From the NCBI RefSeq assembly GCF_009931435.1, contig NZ_CP043414.1: a stretch of DNA of 64,000 nucleotides; one strand, written 5' to 3'. Made by a program: the position numbers and the translations under genes. A model generated the notes under the pieces. It saw nothing but the letters and a program-made list of their open reading frames with translations, was not told the DNA's origin and searched no databases. Of this stretch, positions 21,682 to 33,200 are shown piece after piece. How positions within the stretch are numbered: the stretch's first letter is position 1; each line of letters begins with the position of its first letter. This DNA is from Escherichia coli. GTDB taxonomy: Bacteria > Pseudomonadota > Gammaproteobacteria > Enterobacterales > Enterobacteriaceae.

Positions 21682-22004
21682 CCACTATTCCGCTGAAGGC
21701 GTAATTGTTAAATAACATTACGCCGCCTGGCTTGAGGCCTTTTTAGTATGGCAACGTTTTCATAAAAATTGCTGCAAACAAAAATGTCATACTTTTTGCG
21801 CGGTCCCACCCCGCGCTTTTTTTCGCCTGTTATTTATCCTGTAAAAAAATATGTACATGAGAAATTACTATAAAAATTTGTAATATTAGTAAAACTCGTT
21901 ATTTTTATGCATGTTTATATTCATCATACAATTATATAACCATTTCCCGGTATCGCTTTGCTTTAGCGAGAACTGGTCTTTTATTCGCACTCAGGAGTAC
22001 ATGT

Positions 22005-22766
22005 ATGAGGATTTGCAGCGACCAACCTTGTATTGTTTTATTGACTGAAAAAGATGTCTGGATAAGGGTGAATGGGAAAGAACCTATTAGCCTTAAAGCT
22101 AACCATATGGCGTTATTAAATTGTGAAAATAATATTATCGACGTCTCCTCTCTTAATAACACTTTGGTTGCTCATATTAGTCACGACATCATCAAAGATT
22201 ACCTCCGGTTTCTGAATAAAGATCTCTCGCAAATACCAGTATGGCAACGTAGTGCTACGCCCATCCTCACCCTGCCATGCCTGACGCCAGACGTCTTTCG
22301 CGTTGCCGCGCAACATAGCATGATGCCCGCTGAAACTGAGTCAGAAAAAGAACGAACACGTGCATTATTATTCACAGTGCTATCCCGTTTTCTCGACAGT
22401 AAAAAATTCCTTTCATTAATGATGTATATGTTACGTAATTGTGTAAGTGACAGCGTTTATCAAATTATTGAAAGCGATATCCACAAAGACTGGAATCTTA
22501 GTATGGTAGCCAGTTGTTTATGTCTTAGCCCAAGCCTGTTAAAGAAAAAGCTGAAAAGCGAAAACACCAGTTATAGCCAAATAATCACCACCTGCCGCAT
22601 GCGTTATGCCGTCAATGAATTAATGATGGACGGTAAAAATATCTCTCAGGTCTCACAGTCGTGTGGCTACAACAGTACGTCGTACTTTATTTCTGTCTTT
22701 AAAGACTTCTACGGTATGACGCCTCTGCATTATGTTAGTCAGCACAGAGAGCGCACTGTCGCCTGA
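22005..22766 (+). CDS. adiY: AraC-family regulator of the arginine-dependent acid-resistance system
   Basis: 253-aa ORF with C-terminal AraC HTH, low GC, between adiA and adiC. Confidence 0.9.
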   Translation: MRICSDQPCIVLLTEKDVWIRVNGKEPISLKANHMALLNCENNIIDVSSLNNTLVAHISHDIIKDYLRFLNKDLSQIPVWQRSATPILTLPCLTPDVFRVAAQHSMMPAETESEKERTRALLFTVLSRFLDSKKFLSLMMYMLRNCVSDSVYQIIESDIHKDWNLSMVASCLCLSPSLLKKKLKSENTSYSQIITTCRMRYAVNELMMDGKNISQVSQSCGYNSTSYFISVFKDFYGMTPLHYVSQHRERTVA

Positions 22767-22902
22767 TTTTTAACCTTAACGAAGAGCTATATTAATAACG
22801 GCATCAGCGATAACCCGGTCGATAATAATTCAACTATCGAATGCAGGCGTATGATATGACGTAATTTATTGTCACGAAGCTCGCCTTCGCAGGAGTTTAA
22901 TT

Positions 22903-24240
22903 ATGTCTTCGGATGCTGATGCTCACAAAGTGGGCTTAATCCCCGTCACCCTGATGGTGTCGGGGAATATTATGGGGTCAGGTGTTTTTCTGTTACCTGC
23001 AAACCTGGCCTCCACTGGCGGGATTGCCATTTATGGATGGTTGGTGACGATTATCGGTGCGCTGGGGCTCTCGATGGTATACGCCAAAATGTCGTTCCTC
23101 GACCCAAGTCCTGGTGGTTCTTACGCTTACGCCCGCCGCTGCTTTGGCCCGTTTCTCGGTTATCAAACCAACGTCCTCTACTGGCTGGCCTGCTGGATCG
23201 GCAATATCGCCATGGTGGTCATTGGCGTAGGATATTTAAGTTACTTCTTCCCGATTCTGAAAGATCCACTGGTATTAACCATCACCTGCGTCGTGGTGCT
23301 GTGGATCTTCGTCCTGCTGAACATTGTCGGTCCGAAAATGATCACCCGCGTGCAGGCCGTTGCCACCGTGCTGGCGCTGATCCCCATCGTCGGGATTGCC
23401 GTATTTGGCTGGTTCTGGTTCCGTGGTGAAACCTATATGGCGGCATGGAACGTCAGCGGCCTGGGCACCTTCGGCGCGATTCAAAGTACCCTTAACGTTA
23501 CGCTGTGGTCGTTCATCGGTGTGGAAAGTGCCTCCGTTGCCGCAGGTGTGGTGAAAAACCCGAAACGCAACGTCCCTATCGCCACCATTGGTGGGGTATT
23601 GATTGCCGCCGTTTGCTATGTACTTTCTACCACCGCGATTATGGGGATGATCCCTAATGCCGCACTGCGCGTTTCTGCTTCGCCATTCGGTGATGCCGCA
23701 CGGATGGCGCTGGGTGACACCGCCGGGGCCATTGTTTCTTTCTGCGCAGCTGCGGGTTGCTTAGGTTCACTGGGCGGCTGGACATTGCTGGCGGGTCAAA
23801 CGGCGAAAGCCGCTGCCGATGACGGGCTGTTCCCACCGATTTTTGCTCGTGTAAACAAAGCGGGTACGCCAGTGGCGGGGCTGATTATCGTCGGAATTTT
23901 GATGACCATCTTCCAGCTCAGCAGCATTTCGCCAAACGCGACCAAAGAATTCGGTCTGGTTTCTTCCGTGTCGGTCATCTTTACACTGGTGCCATATCTT
24001 TACACCTGTGCGGCGTTACTGCTGCTCGGCCACGGCCACTTTGGTAAAGCACGCCCTGCATATCTGGCTGTTACTACCATTGCCTTCCTCTACTGCATCT
24101 GGGCCGTGGTGGGGTCCGGGGCGAAAGAGGTTATGTGGTCATTTGTCACCCTGATGGTCATCACCGCCATGTATGCGCTGAATTACAACCGGCTGCATAA
24201 AAACCCGTATCCCTTAGATGCACCAATAAGCAAAGATTAA
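22903..24240 (+). CDS. adiC: Arginine/agmatine antiporter
   Basis: 445-aa APC-family membrane ORF matching AdiC. Confidence 0.95.
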
Positions 24241-24263
24241 TTCCCCTTAATCCAGCAAACATA

Positions 24264-24300
24264 AAAGCCAACCTTAAGAACTTAAGGTTGGCTTAATTTT
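24264..24300 (+). terminator. Rho-independent terminator after adiC
   Basis: Inverted repeat agccaaccttaag / cttaaggttggct followed by aatttt. Confidence 0.6.
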
Positions 24301-24343
24301 GCTTTGCGAGCATATGCGCACTTTGTTCGATGGAAACACCGTG

Positions 24344-25987
24344 ATGTTGAAGCGCCTACTAAAAAGACCCTCTTTGAATTTACTCGCCTGGCTATTGTTG
24401 GCCGCTTTTTATATCTCTATCTGCCTGAATATTGCCTTTTTTAAACAGGTGTTGCAGGCGCTGCCGCTGGACTCGCTGCATAACGTACTGGTTTTCTTGT
24501 CGATGCCGGTCGTCGCTTTCAGCGTGATTAATATTGTCCTGACACTAAGCTCTTTCTTATGGCTTAATCGACCGCTGGCCTGCCTGTTTATTCTGGTTGG
24601 CGCGGCTGCACAATATTTCATAATGACTTACGGCATCGTCATCGACCGCTCGATGATTGCCAATATTATTGATACCACCCCAGCAGAAAGTTATGCGCTG
24701 ATGACACCGCAAATGTTATTAACGCTGGGACTCAGCGGCGTACTTGCTGCGCTAATTGCCTGCTGGATTAAAATCAAACCGGCCACCTCGCGCCTGCGCA
24801 GTGTTCTTTTCCGTGGAGCCAATATTCTGGTTTCTGTGCTCCTGATTCTGCTGGTCGCCGCACTGTTTTATAAAGACTACGCCTCGCTGTTTCGCAACAA
24901 CAAAGAGCTGGTGAAGTCCTTAAGCCCCTCTAACAGCATTGTTGCCAGCTGGTCATGGTACTCCCATCAGCGACTGGCAAATCTGCCGCTGGTGCGAATT
25001 GGTGAAGACGCGCACCGCAACCCGTTAATGCAGAACGAGAAACGTAAAAATTTGACCATTTTGATTGTCGGCGAAACCTCGCGGGCGGAGAACTTCTCCC
25101 TCAACGGCTACCCGCGTGAAACTAACCCGCGGCTGGCGAAAGATAACGTGGTCTATTTCCCTAATACCGCATCTTGCGGCACGGCAACGGCAGTTTCAGT
25201 ACCGTGCATGTTCTCGGATATGCCGCGTGAGCATTACAAAGAAGAGTTGGCACAGCACCAGGAAGGCGTGCTGGATATCATTCAGCGAGCGGGCATCAAC
25301 GTGCTGTGGAATGACAACGATGGTGGCTGCAAAGGTGCCTGCGATCGCGTGCCTCACCAGAACGTCACTGCGCTGAACCTGCCTGGTCAGTGTATCAACG
25401 GCGAATGTTATGACGAAGTGCTTTTCCACGGGCTGGAAGAGTACATCAATAACCTGCAAGGTGATGGCGTAATTGTCTTACACACCATCGGCAGTCACGG
25501 CCCGACCTATTACAATCGCTATCCGCCACAGTTCAGGAAATTTACCCCTACCTGCGACACCAACGAGATCCAGACCTGTACCCAAGAGCAACTGGTAAAC
25601 ACTTACGACAATACGCTGGTCTACGTCGACTATATTGTTGATAAAGCAATTAATCTACTGAAAGAACATCAGGATAAATTTACCACCAGCCTGGTTTATC
25701 TTTCTGACCACGGTGAATCGTTAGGTGAAAATGGCATCTATCTGCACGGTTTGCCTTATGCCATCGCCCCGGATAGCCAAAAACAGGTGCCGATGCTGCT
25801 GTGGCTGTCTGAGGATTATCAAAAACGGTATCAGGTTGACCAAAGTTGCCTACAGAAACAGGCGCAAACGCAACACTATTCACAAGACAATTTATTCTCC
25901 ACGCTATTGGGATTAACTGGCGTTGAGACGAAGTATTACCAGGCTGCGGATGATATTCTGCAAACTTGCAGGAGAGTGAGTGAATGA
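24344..25987 (+). CDS. eptA: Lipid A phosphoethanolamine transferase
   Basis: 547 aa from the ATG at 24344 ([19 protein letters not shown]...); sulfatase-family membrane enzyme; the ORF-track start at 24299 is a TTG extension. Confidence 0.9.
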   Translation: MLKRLLKRPSLNLLAWLLLAAFYISICLNIAFFKQVLQALPLDSLHNVLVFLSMPVVAFSVINIVLTLSSFLWLNRPLACLFILVGAAAQYFIMTYGIVIDRSMIANIIDTTPAESYALMTPQMLLTLGLSGVLAALIACWIKIKPATSRLRSVLFRGANILVSVLLILLVAALFYKDYASLFRNNKELVKSLSPSNSIVASWSWYSHQRLANLPLVRIGEDAHRNPLMQNEKRKNLTILIVGETSRAENFSLNGYPRETNPRLAKDNVVYFPNTASCGTATAVSVPCMFSDMPREHYKEELAQHQEGVLDIIQRAGINVLWNDNDGGCKGACDRVPHQNVTALNLPGQCINGECYDEVLFHGLEEYINNLQGDGVIVLHTIGSHGPTYYNRYPPQFRKFTPTCDTNEIQTCTQEQLVNTYDNTLVYVDYIVDKAINLLKEHQDKFTTSLVYLSDHGESLGENGIYLHGLPYAIAPDSQKQVPMLLWLSEDYQKRYQVDQSCLQKQAQTQHYSQDNLFSTLLGLTGVETKYYQAADDILQTCRRVSE

Positions 25988-26652
25988 AAATTCTGATTGT
26001 TGAAGACGATACGCTGTTATTGCAGGGATTGATTCTGGCGGCGCAAACCGAAGGCTACGCGTGCGATGGCGTGACAACCGCGCGGATGGCGGAACAAAGC
26101 CTTGAGGCAGGTCATTACAGCCTGGTGGTACTGGATTTAGGGTTACCCGACGAAGATGGGCTGCATTTTCTCGCCCGAATCCGGCAGAAAAAATACACCC
26201 TGCCGGTGTTAATTCTCACCGCCCGCGATACCCTTACCGACAAAATCGCCGGGCTGGATGTCGGTGCCGATGACTATCTGGTGAAGCCTTTTGCGCTGGA
26301 AGAGTTACATGCCCGTATCCGCGCCCTGCTACGACGCCATAATAATCAGGGTGAAAGTGAGCTGATTGTTGGCAATCTGACGCTGAATATGGGTCGCCGT
26401 CAGGTATGGATGGGCAGTGAAGAGTTGATTCTGACGCCCAAAGAATATGCTCTGCTATCACGGTTAATGCTCAAAGCAGGCAGTCCGGTGCATCGGGAAA
26501 TTCTCTACAACGACATCTATAACTGGGACAATGAACCCTCGACCAACACCCTGGAAGTGCATATCCACAATCTGCGCGACAAAGTGGGCAAAGCCCGTAT
26601 CCGCACCGTGCGCGGCTTTGGCTATATGCTGGTCGCGAATGAGGAAAACTAA
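25984..26652 (+). CDS. basR: Response regulator BasR/PmrA
   Basis: 222-aa OmpR-family ORF overlapping the eptA stop (ATGA); matches BasR. Confidence 0.95.
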   Translation: MKILIVEDDTLLLQGLILAAQTEGYACDGVTTARMAEQSLEAGHYSLVVLDLGLPDEDGLHFLARIRQKKYTLPVLILTARDTLTDKIAGLDVGADDYLVKPFALEELHARIRALLRRHNNQGESELIVGNLTLNMGRRQVWMGSEELILTPKEYALLSRLMLKAGSPVHREILYNDIYNWDNEPSTNTLEVHIHNLRDKVGKARIRTVRGFGYMLVANEEN

Positions 26653-26661
26653 TTGAATCTG

Positions 26662-27753
26662 ATGCGTTTTCTGCGCCGACCAATATCGCTGCGCCAACGG
26701 CTGATATTGACCATCGGGGCCATTTTGTTGGTGTTTGAGCTGATCAGCGTCTTCTGGCTATGGCATGAAAGTACCGAGCAGATTCAGCTGTTTGAGCAGG
26801 CGCTACGCGACAATCGTAACAACGATCGCCACATCATGCGTGAGATCCGCGAGGCGGTCGCCAGCCTGATTGTCCCTGGCGTCTTTATGGTCAGCCTGAC
26901 GCTATTTATCTGCTATCAGGCGGTACGCCGCATCACCCGCCCGCTGGCGGAGCTGCAAAAAGAGCTGGAAGCGCGCACCGCCGACAACTTAACGCCCATT
27001 GCCATTCACAGCGCCACCCTCGAAATCGAAGCGGTGGTTTCAGCGTTAAACGATCTGGTCAGTCGCCTGACCAACACGCTGGATAACGAAAGGTTGTTTA
27101 CCGCTGACGTCGCGCACGAACTGCGAACGCCACTGGCGGGGGTGCGTTTGCATCTGGAACTGCTGGCGAAAACGCATCACATTGATGTAGCACCGTTAGT
27201 GGCACGACTTGATCAGATGATGGAGAGTGTCTCCCAGCTACTGCAACTGGCGCGTGCCGGACAGTCATTTTCTTCCGGTAATTATCAACATGTAAAACTG
27301 CTGGAAGATGTCATTCTCCCCTCGTATGACGAACTCAGTACCATGCTCGACCAGCGCCAGCAAACCCTGCTATTACCAGAGAGCGCCGCCGACATCATCG
27401 TTCAGGGTGATGCAACCCTGCTGCGGATGTTATTGCGAAACCTGGTAGAAAATGCCCATCGTTACAGCCCGCAAGGCAGCAACATTATGATTAAGCTGCA
27501 AGAAGATGGCGGAGCGGTCATGGCCGTTGAAGATGAAGGACCGGGTATTGATGAGAGTAAATGCGGGGAGTTGAGTAAAGCGTTTGTACGTATGGACAGC
27601 CGTTATGGCGGGATTGGTCTGGGGTTAAGTATTGTCAGCCGCATTACACAGTTGCATCACGGGCAGTTTTTCCTGCAAAACCGGCAAGAGACTTCTGGCA
27701 CACGGGCCTGGATACGGCTGAAAAAAGATCAGTACGTGGCAAACCAGATATAA
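26662..27753 (+). CDS. basS: Sensor histidine kinase BasS/PmrB
   Basis: 363 aa from the ATG at 26662 (MRFLRRPISLRQRLILTIGAILLV...); the ORF track begins 9 nt upstream at a TTG. Confidence 0.9.
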   Translation: MRFLRRPISLRQRLILTIGAILLVFELISVFWLWHESTEQIQLFEQALRDNRNNDRHIMREIREAVASLIVPGVFMVSLTLFICYQAVRRITRPLAELQKELEARTADNLTPIAIHSATLEIEAVVSALNDLVSRLTNTLDNERLFTADVAHELRTPLAGVRLHLELLAKTHHIDVAPLVARLDQMMESVSQLLQLARAGQSFSSGNYQHVKLLEDVILPSYDELSTMLDQRQQTLLLPESAADIIVQGDATLLRMLLRNLVENAHRYSPQGSNIMIKLQEDGGAVMAVEDEGPGIDESKCGELSKAFVRMDSRYGGIGLGLSIVSRITQLHHGQFFLQNRQETSGTRAWIRLKKDQYVANQI

Positions 27754-27818
27754 AGAAAGCTGCTGACCACCAGCACGCTGAACACGGTAGTTAAACTTTC
27801 ATAAACACGGTTTTTCAT
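27729..27818 (-). CDS. pmrR: PmrR small membrane protein (29 aa), antisense to and overlapping the 3' end of basS
   Basis: Minus-strand translation MKNRVYESLTTVFSVLVVSSFLYIWFATY* matches PmrR as I recall it; below the ORF-track cutoff. Confidence 0.75.
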   Translation of the reverse strand: MKNRVYESLTTVFSVLVVSSFLYIWFATY

Positions 27819-27929
27819 TGCACTCTCCTCCGTTAACCTGGAGGAGAGTATGCGCGTCAGAGATTAAGTGAACCTTAAGAGTTCAATTGGCCTGATAAGA
27901 CAGCGTCACATCAGGCCATCCGTTTCAGC

Positions 27930-29432
27930 TTATTCATCAATTCGCGGATGTTGCTGCACCAGGCGGGTACGTTTCGCCTGCAAATCGGCAATCTCGTGGT
28001 CAATATCATCGATTTTCTGCTCGATATTATCGTAATGCTCGACGAGAATTTCCTTCGCTTCCTGTATATCTGACGCCGCCGGTGTCGCACCTTTCAACGG
28101 ACGATTCGCCGTCTCTTTCATGGTTACGCCGGTGATTAAACCAACCACCGCCACTACCATCAGGTAATAGGCAGGCATCATCAGATTCTGCGAGCTTTCG
28201 ACCAGCCAGGCCGCCAACGTTGGCGTCAGACCGGCAACCAGCACCGAAATATTAAATGCCGCCGCCAGCGCGCTGTAACGGATATGCGTCGGGAACATCG
28301 CTGGCAAGGTAGAAGCCATAACGCCCGTGAAGCAGTTAAGGATCACCGCCAGCATCAGTAACCCGGCAAAAATCAGGCCGATGACGTTACTGTTAATCAG
28401 AATAAACGCCGGGATCGCCAACACAAACAGTGCAACACTACCAAGTAGCACAAACGGACGACGGCCAAAACGGTCACTCAGCAAGCCCATCACCGGCTGG
28501 ACAAACAGCATACCGATCATAATGGCGATAATAATCAGCACCCCGTGGTCTTCGGAGTAATGCAGGTTATGCGACAAATAACTCGGCATATAGGTCAGCA
28601 ACATGTAGTAAGTCACGTTGGTGGCAATTACCAGACCAATACATGTCAACAGGCTGCGCCAGTATTTAGTGGCAATCTCTTTAAACGAGACTTTCGGACC
28701 ATCCTGCAAACCTTCGCGGTCGCCCTGTTCCAGTTTATCAACATGCTGCTGGAACGCCGGAGTTTCTTCCAGCGCATGGCGCAGGTAAAGCCCGATAATC
28801 CCTAACGGCAGAGCAATAAAGAACGGAATACGCCAGCCCCAGTCGAGGAAGTTCGCTTCGCCGACAATGGTCGAAATTAACACCACCACGCCCGCACCCA
28901 GCACAAACCCGGCAATAGAACCGAAGTCCAGCCAGCTGCCCATAAAGCCACGTTTACGGTCAGGGGAGTATTCCGCAACAAATATCGACGCCCCGGTATA
29001 TTCACCGCCGACCGAGAAACCTTGTGCCATCTTACAGATCAACAGCAGAATCGGTGCCCAAATACCAATCGTGTCGTAGGACGGTATTAAACCAATACAG
29101 AACGTACTGATCGACATAATCACAATAGTGATAGCGAGGATCTTCTGGCGACCATATTTATCGCCCAACATACCAAAGAAGAGTCCGCCAAGCGGTCGAA
29201 TCAGAAAGGGAACGGAGAAAGTGGCAAGTGCAGCAACCATCTGCACGCTGGGGTCAGCCCCCGGGAAAAAAACTTTACCTAATGCGTAAGCAACAAAACC
29301 ATAAACACCAAAATCGAACCATTCCATTGCATTACCCAGTGATGCTGCGGTAATGGCTTTACGCAGTTTACCGTCATCAATAATAGTGACATCACGAAGG
29401 GTAATCGGTTTTACTTTTTTCCTTTTCAGCAT
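27930..29432 (-). CDS. proP: Proline/glycine betaine:H+ symporter (osmosensory MFS transporter)
   Basis: 500 aa from the ATG at 29432 (MLKRKKVKPITLRDVTIIDDGKLRKAI...); C-terminal coiled-coil tail; the ORF-track start at 29465 is an extension. Confidence 0.95.
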   Translation of the reverse strand: MLKRKKVKPITLRDVTIIDDGKLRKAITAASLGNAMEWFDFGVYGFVAYALGKVFFPGADPSVQMVAALATFSVPFLIRPLGGLFFGMLGDKYGRQKILAITIVIMSISTFCIGLIPSYDTIGIWAPILLLICKMAQGFSVGGEYTGASIFVAEYSPDRKRGFMGSWLDFGSIAGFVLGAGVVVLISTIVGEANFLDWGWRIPFFIALPLGIIGLYLRHALEETPAFQQHVDKLEQGDREGLQDGPKVSFKEIATKYWRSLLTCIGLVIATNVTYYMLLTYMPSYLSHNLHYSEDHGVLIIIAIMIGMLFVQPVMGLLSDRFGRRPFVLLGSVALFVLAIPAFILINSNVIGLIFAGLLMLAVILNCFTGVMASTLPAMFPTHIRYSALAAAFNISVLVAGLTPTLAAWLVESSQNLMMPAYYLMVVAVVGLITGVTMKETANRPLKGATPAASDIQEAKEILVEHYDNIEQKIDDIDHEIADLQAKRTRLVQQHPRIDE

Positions 29433-29695
29433 AGCTTTCCTCGCAGAGTTGGCCCATTTCCGCAAACGCCAGAAAAATCAGCGCGACGGCCGCAAAAGGG
29501 GAGCGGGAATTGCAGGATGCAATCTCTGTAACAAGCGTAGCGGGTTTGCTTACACCCTCCGGTTAAGGAATGTACAATCAAACCAGTTGACGCCTGAATT
29601 GGGCAGTTAATGAGCTTTTTACCCTACCAGTGTTTAAATTTGTGATCAACTTCACACATGGTTTTCGTTTAGGAGTCATTGATGTAACTGATTAT

Positions 29696-30574
29696 TTACA
29701 CCAAATTTACAGAGAAGATTTCCTCGACCATTGCCCCCGCCAGACGCTGCGCTGAACAGAGTCGTGGCATCCCCAGTGCGACAGTTTGCCAGCGTTGGGT
29801 CACTGACCAGCAAACGGGTTGTTTATCTGCCGTGGACCACTTTCCCAGCCAACTTAAAAAATCAGCATGATCCCCACCCGTCGGGGCGGTTGAAGAGGTA
29901 AACCACTGATGGTAATAGTGACGAGTGGTCGTTGCCGCATTAATACTCTCTGCCAGATGTTGTGTCGCTTTCACGCGCAAATCATCAAGCAACAACGCCA
30001 CCGCTTGCGGGCTTCCCAGACGGCAGGCATCGCCAAATGCCCCCCAGCGCAACTCCTCCAGAACGATAAAACAGCGCCCAGGCAACGACCAGGCGTTATA
30101 CGCACCAGCACGCCAGCGGGTAAAAATTTGCTCACTCTGATCACCGGCCTGTACCAGTAATCCTCGTTGCGTTAACGCCTTTTCCTTCCAGCGACAACGG
30201 GCTGAAAACAACTCATACAAGGCGGCAATTTGCTGGGGGAGCTCCGGGAAAGCAGAGTGCTGGCGGTGATCCATTTTTTGCAGCAGCGCCAGATGCTGCG
30301 CGATCTGCGTCAGCGCCAGATGACCGGGATCCAGCATCGACGCCAGTTTTTCCACCAATGTCAGACGCAGGCTAAGCGGCGCATTTAACATGCCGCCGTT
30401 CGTCCATGACTGAAGCTGTACGCGCGCAAGAAGTTCCTGCATCAGTCGTTCACGAAACTGCTGCTGATGGGCTTGTGGATGGCGGGCATCATCGCCCTGC
30501 GCCAGATCCACTAAAAAGCGGGGATGAATCGACTCCAGCACACGACCGGGGCCGTCAAGTAACGTCTTGGTCAA
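29696..30574 (-). CDS. yjcZ: Uncharacterised protein YjcZ
   Basis: 292-aa ORF overlapping the crfC stop by 4 nt; matches YjcZ. Confidence 0.8.
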   Translation of the reverse strand: MTKTLLDGPGRVLESIHPRFLVDLAQGDDARHPQAHQQQFRERLMQELLARVQLQSWTNGGMLNAPLSLRLTLVEKLASMLDPGHLALTQIAQHLALLQKMDHRQHSAFPELPQQIAALYELFSARCRWKEKALTQRGLLVQAGDQSEQIFTRWRAGAYNAWSLPGRCFIVLEELRWGAFGDACRLGSPQAVALLLDDLRVKATQHLAESINAATTTRHYYHQWFTSSTAPTGGDHADFLSWLGKWSTADKQPVCWSVTQRWQTVALGMPRLCSAQRLAGAMVEEIFSVNLV

Positions 30575-32799
30575 TATCGTTCTGCCGTGAAAAGTGTTTG
30601 AATATCATCGCGTAACAGCTGAGCGTCGATGTAAATCCAGCCATGAGTCATCACAGTCTGCTGCAATTGCTGCTGCATCAGCCTGACCACCGATTCATTT
30701 TGTTGACGCAGAGCCAGACTTTCGCGTAAACGCGTCTGTAATTCCGTCAAACATGAAGCAAACTCAGCGAAAAAAGTATTCATGCCTGCCGTAACAGATT
30801 CATCGACCTGCTCTGCCAGAACTTTAGCCATTTGTTGGCAATAAAGATCGACTTCTGCGCTTAATGCTCGTTGCAACGCACTGTAATCAACCGTCTCTAT
30901 CGGGGATTTCTCATTTCCCCGTCCCCAGTCGGGCTGATTCAACCAGCGCGAAAAAGTCTCACGCACAACGCCTAAACGCGTGCTCTGCTCGTCCATTGCG
31001 TCCTGGCGCGAAATGACTTCACTGAACAGCTGGCGAGTGTTGAAGTGGGGAACTGCGCCGTGAAAAACAGGAAAATGAAACCCAGAACGAAACCCTGACT
31101 CGCTCAATTCCATTTTGACTTGTTGCTCAATGGGCCGAATAACATCGGTTAACACCCGGCAAAGAGTGGATTCAAGCTCGGCAAAACGCAGCGTAAAGTC
31201 GCGACTGATGGTGTTCTGCGCCGTCTGTAACAGTGTCTCACAGCAGGTACGAATCTCGCTTAATGACCCCGAATCATCCTGAAACAACGCGGCTAACTGG
31301 GCATTCACCGCATCTTGCTGTTGACGCAGAAAGAGGTTGGCGGAGGTCAGGGCCAGCTCGATTTCATGTTTAATCTCGCCGCTCACCTGAGCCTGATTGA
31401 GTTGAAATAGCTGCAAACTTTCTTCGATCTGGTGGATATTTTGCCGCAATTGTTCACAAGCGACGTTTAACCCGTGCGCACGAAAATCCAGGTATTCCCG
31501 CGCCTGCTGCGCGTAATTCAACAGTTTATGCGCGGCAGATCGCAGAGCATACAACGAGGCGTTAGCGTAAGCGGCATGAAGCAACGCCTGAATTGGCTGG
31601 GCGAACAGCGAATCTTCCCACAACTGATCGGCAGCATGACGAATATGTTCGAGGTCCGCCAGGTCGGCATGACGCCAGCGCCTGCCGAGCGCGGCATGGG
31701 CAAAATCTTCCACCCAGCGTTGTTGCTCTGGCGCGGGTAACTTACCGTTGTTGGCTAACTCATTACGCGCCCGATTCGCCAGGTAGCCCCACATCGACGA
31801 CACTGGAAATATCTGCTGTGGCGTAATACAGCCTTTCATCAGCGTCCCGGAAATCAGTGCCCGCACCTGGTCGGCGTCGTCACTGTTACGATCCTGTTGA
31901 TCGAACTTATTGACCAGCACATACAGCGGCACCGATTGCCCCACCGCCAAAATCGCCTCACGGACCTCGTCATCGGAGATCGATTTCAGTTGCGTATAAT
32001 CCAGCACCGCCAGTACCGCCGAGGCGCGAGCCAGCTGCTGGTTAAGCATTTTTTGCAGATGCGGTTGCCCGGCTTCATTTGGCCCAGGGGTATCCAGTAA
32101 CGTCAACTGACCGGGATAACTCTCCAGCCCCGCCAGATGGACAAACTCCACTTCAATCACGGGAATATGCTCAATGGCGGCGTAAGCAGAAAAAGGAAAA
32201 TCGACGTCCAGCGCCTTCGCCAGTCGCACCAAATCATTCAAACTTTTCAGACAATGAAAAATAGGCTGGGCACCCAGATAATATTTTTCGAAAGCGACGC
32301 CATTTTCGATCCGCTGCATAAGCGCACGCATATCTTTATCTATTTCCAGCACATCGGTCAGATGCTTAATATCGCAGTCACGCAGGCGCTGTTGTAATTG
32401 TTGAATTAAACAGTCGATTGGCGCGACATGTGAAAAATGCAGTACCGGTTCTTTTTGCCCGGGCGTATGACGAATAAGCGTCGGCAGCGCAGTCATTGGG
32501 CGATTGCGATTAGGCAGAACCTCCGTACCAACAATGGCATTAATGGTGGTTGATTTCCCTGCTTTCATAGTACCGACAATCGCCAGCACCATTTCCAGTC
32601 GGGAAATTTTACGCAACTCATTATTCAGCATCGCGTGACGTTCGGCGATATTAGGCTGACTCCAGGGTAAAGCCAGTTGTGGCGCATCGTCTCCGGGTAC
32701 AGAGAGAGGCATTTTTTCCAGTAACTGCAACTGTTGGCGAGAAAGCTGTAACAGGCGTTCAGCCTCCTGACTTAACTCATACAGGGTCTGTGTGTACAT
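30571..32799 (-). CDS. crfC: Dynamin-like large GTPase CrfC/YjdA
   Basis: 742-aa ORF with P-loop GTPase motif (GTMKAGKST) near the N-terminus and long coiled-coil-rich remainder. Confidence 0.85.
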   Translation of the reverse strand: MYTQTLYELSQEAERLLQLSRQQLQLLEKMPLSVPGDDAPQLALPWSQPNIAERHAMLNNELRKISRLEMVLAIVGTMKAGKSTTINAIVGTEVLPNRNRPMTALPTLIRHTPGQKEPVLHFSHVAPIDCLIQQLQQRLRDCDIKHLTDVLEIDKDMRALMQRIENGVAFEKYYLGAQPIFHCLKSLNDLVRLAKALDVDFPFSAYAAIEHIPVIEVEFVHLAGLESYPGQLTLLDTPGPNEAGQPHLQKMLNQQLARASAVLAVLDYTQLKSISDDEVREAILAVGQSVPLYVLVNKFDQQDRNSDDADQVRALISGTLMKGCITPQQIFPVSSMWGYLANRARNELANNGKLPAPEQQRWVEDFAHAALGRRWRHADLADLEHIRHAADQLWEDSLFAQPIQALLHAAYANASLYALRSAAHKLLNYAQQAREYLDFRAHGLNVACEQLRQNIHQIEESLQLFQLNQAQVSGEIKHEIELALTSANLFLRQQQDAVNAQLAALFQDDSGSLSEIRTCCETLLQTAQNTISRDFTLRFAELESTLCRVLTDVIRPIEQQVKMELSESGFRSGFHFPVFHGAVPHFNTRQLFSEVISRQDAMDEQSTRLGVVRETFSRWLNQPDWGRGNEKSPIETVDYSALQRALSAEVDLYCQQMAKVLAEQVDESVTAGMNTFFAEFASCLTELQTRLRESLALRQQNESVVRLMQQQLQQTVMTHGWIYIDAQLLRDDIQTLFTAERY

Positions 32800-33200
32800 A
32801 GAAAATTTTTCCTTAAAGCAAATTTTATTACTTTTATTTAGCCAGATTGTTTTTGAGTTCTGTTTTCGGCTTTTATAATTACTGCAAGAAATAATTTTAT
32901 ATTTAGAGTGTTGTTTTTTATTAGAATAAATAACGTCTTCCGATACGTTTAAAACGTCAGAAAGATAAAAATATCATTTGAATTAAAAAAAGAACAAGTA
33001 GAGCATTAACCTTATCTTAAATAATAAATGGAGGCAAAAAGATTATTTTCTTTTTGCGTTTCCTTTCAAATGAAAACGATCGTCGTCTAAAATCAGCAGT
33101 ACCCCCGACAAACTCAGGGATTTTGTGTATAATTGCGGCCTTTTTCGGCAATCTGCCGTTTTTTGGCGCTTTTGCCCTGCTGACTTTTGAGGAAATCCAC

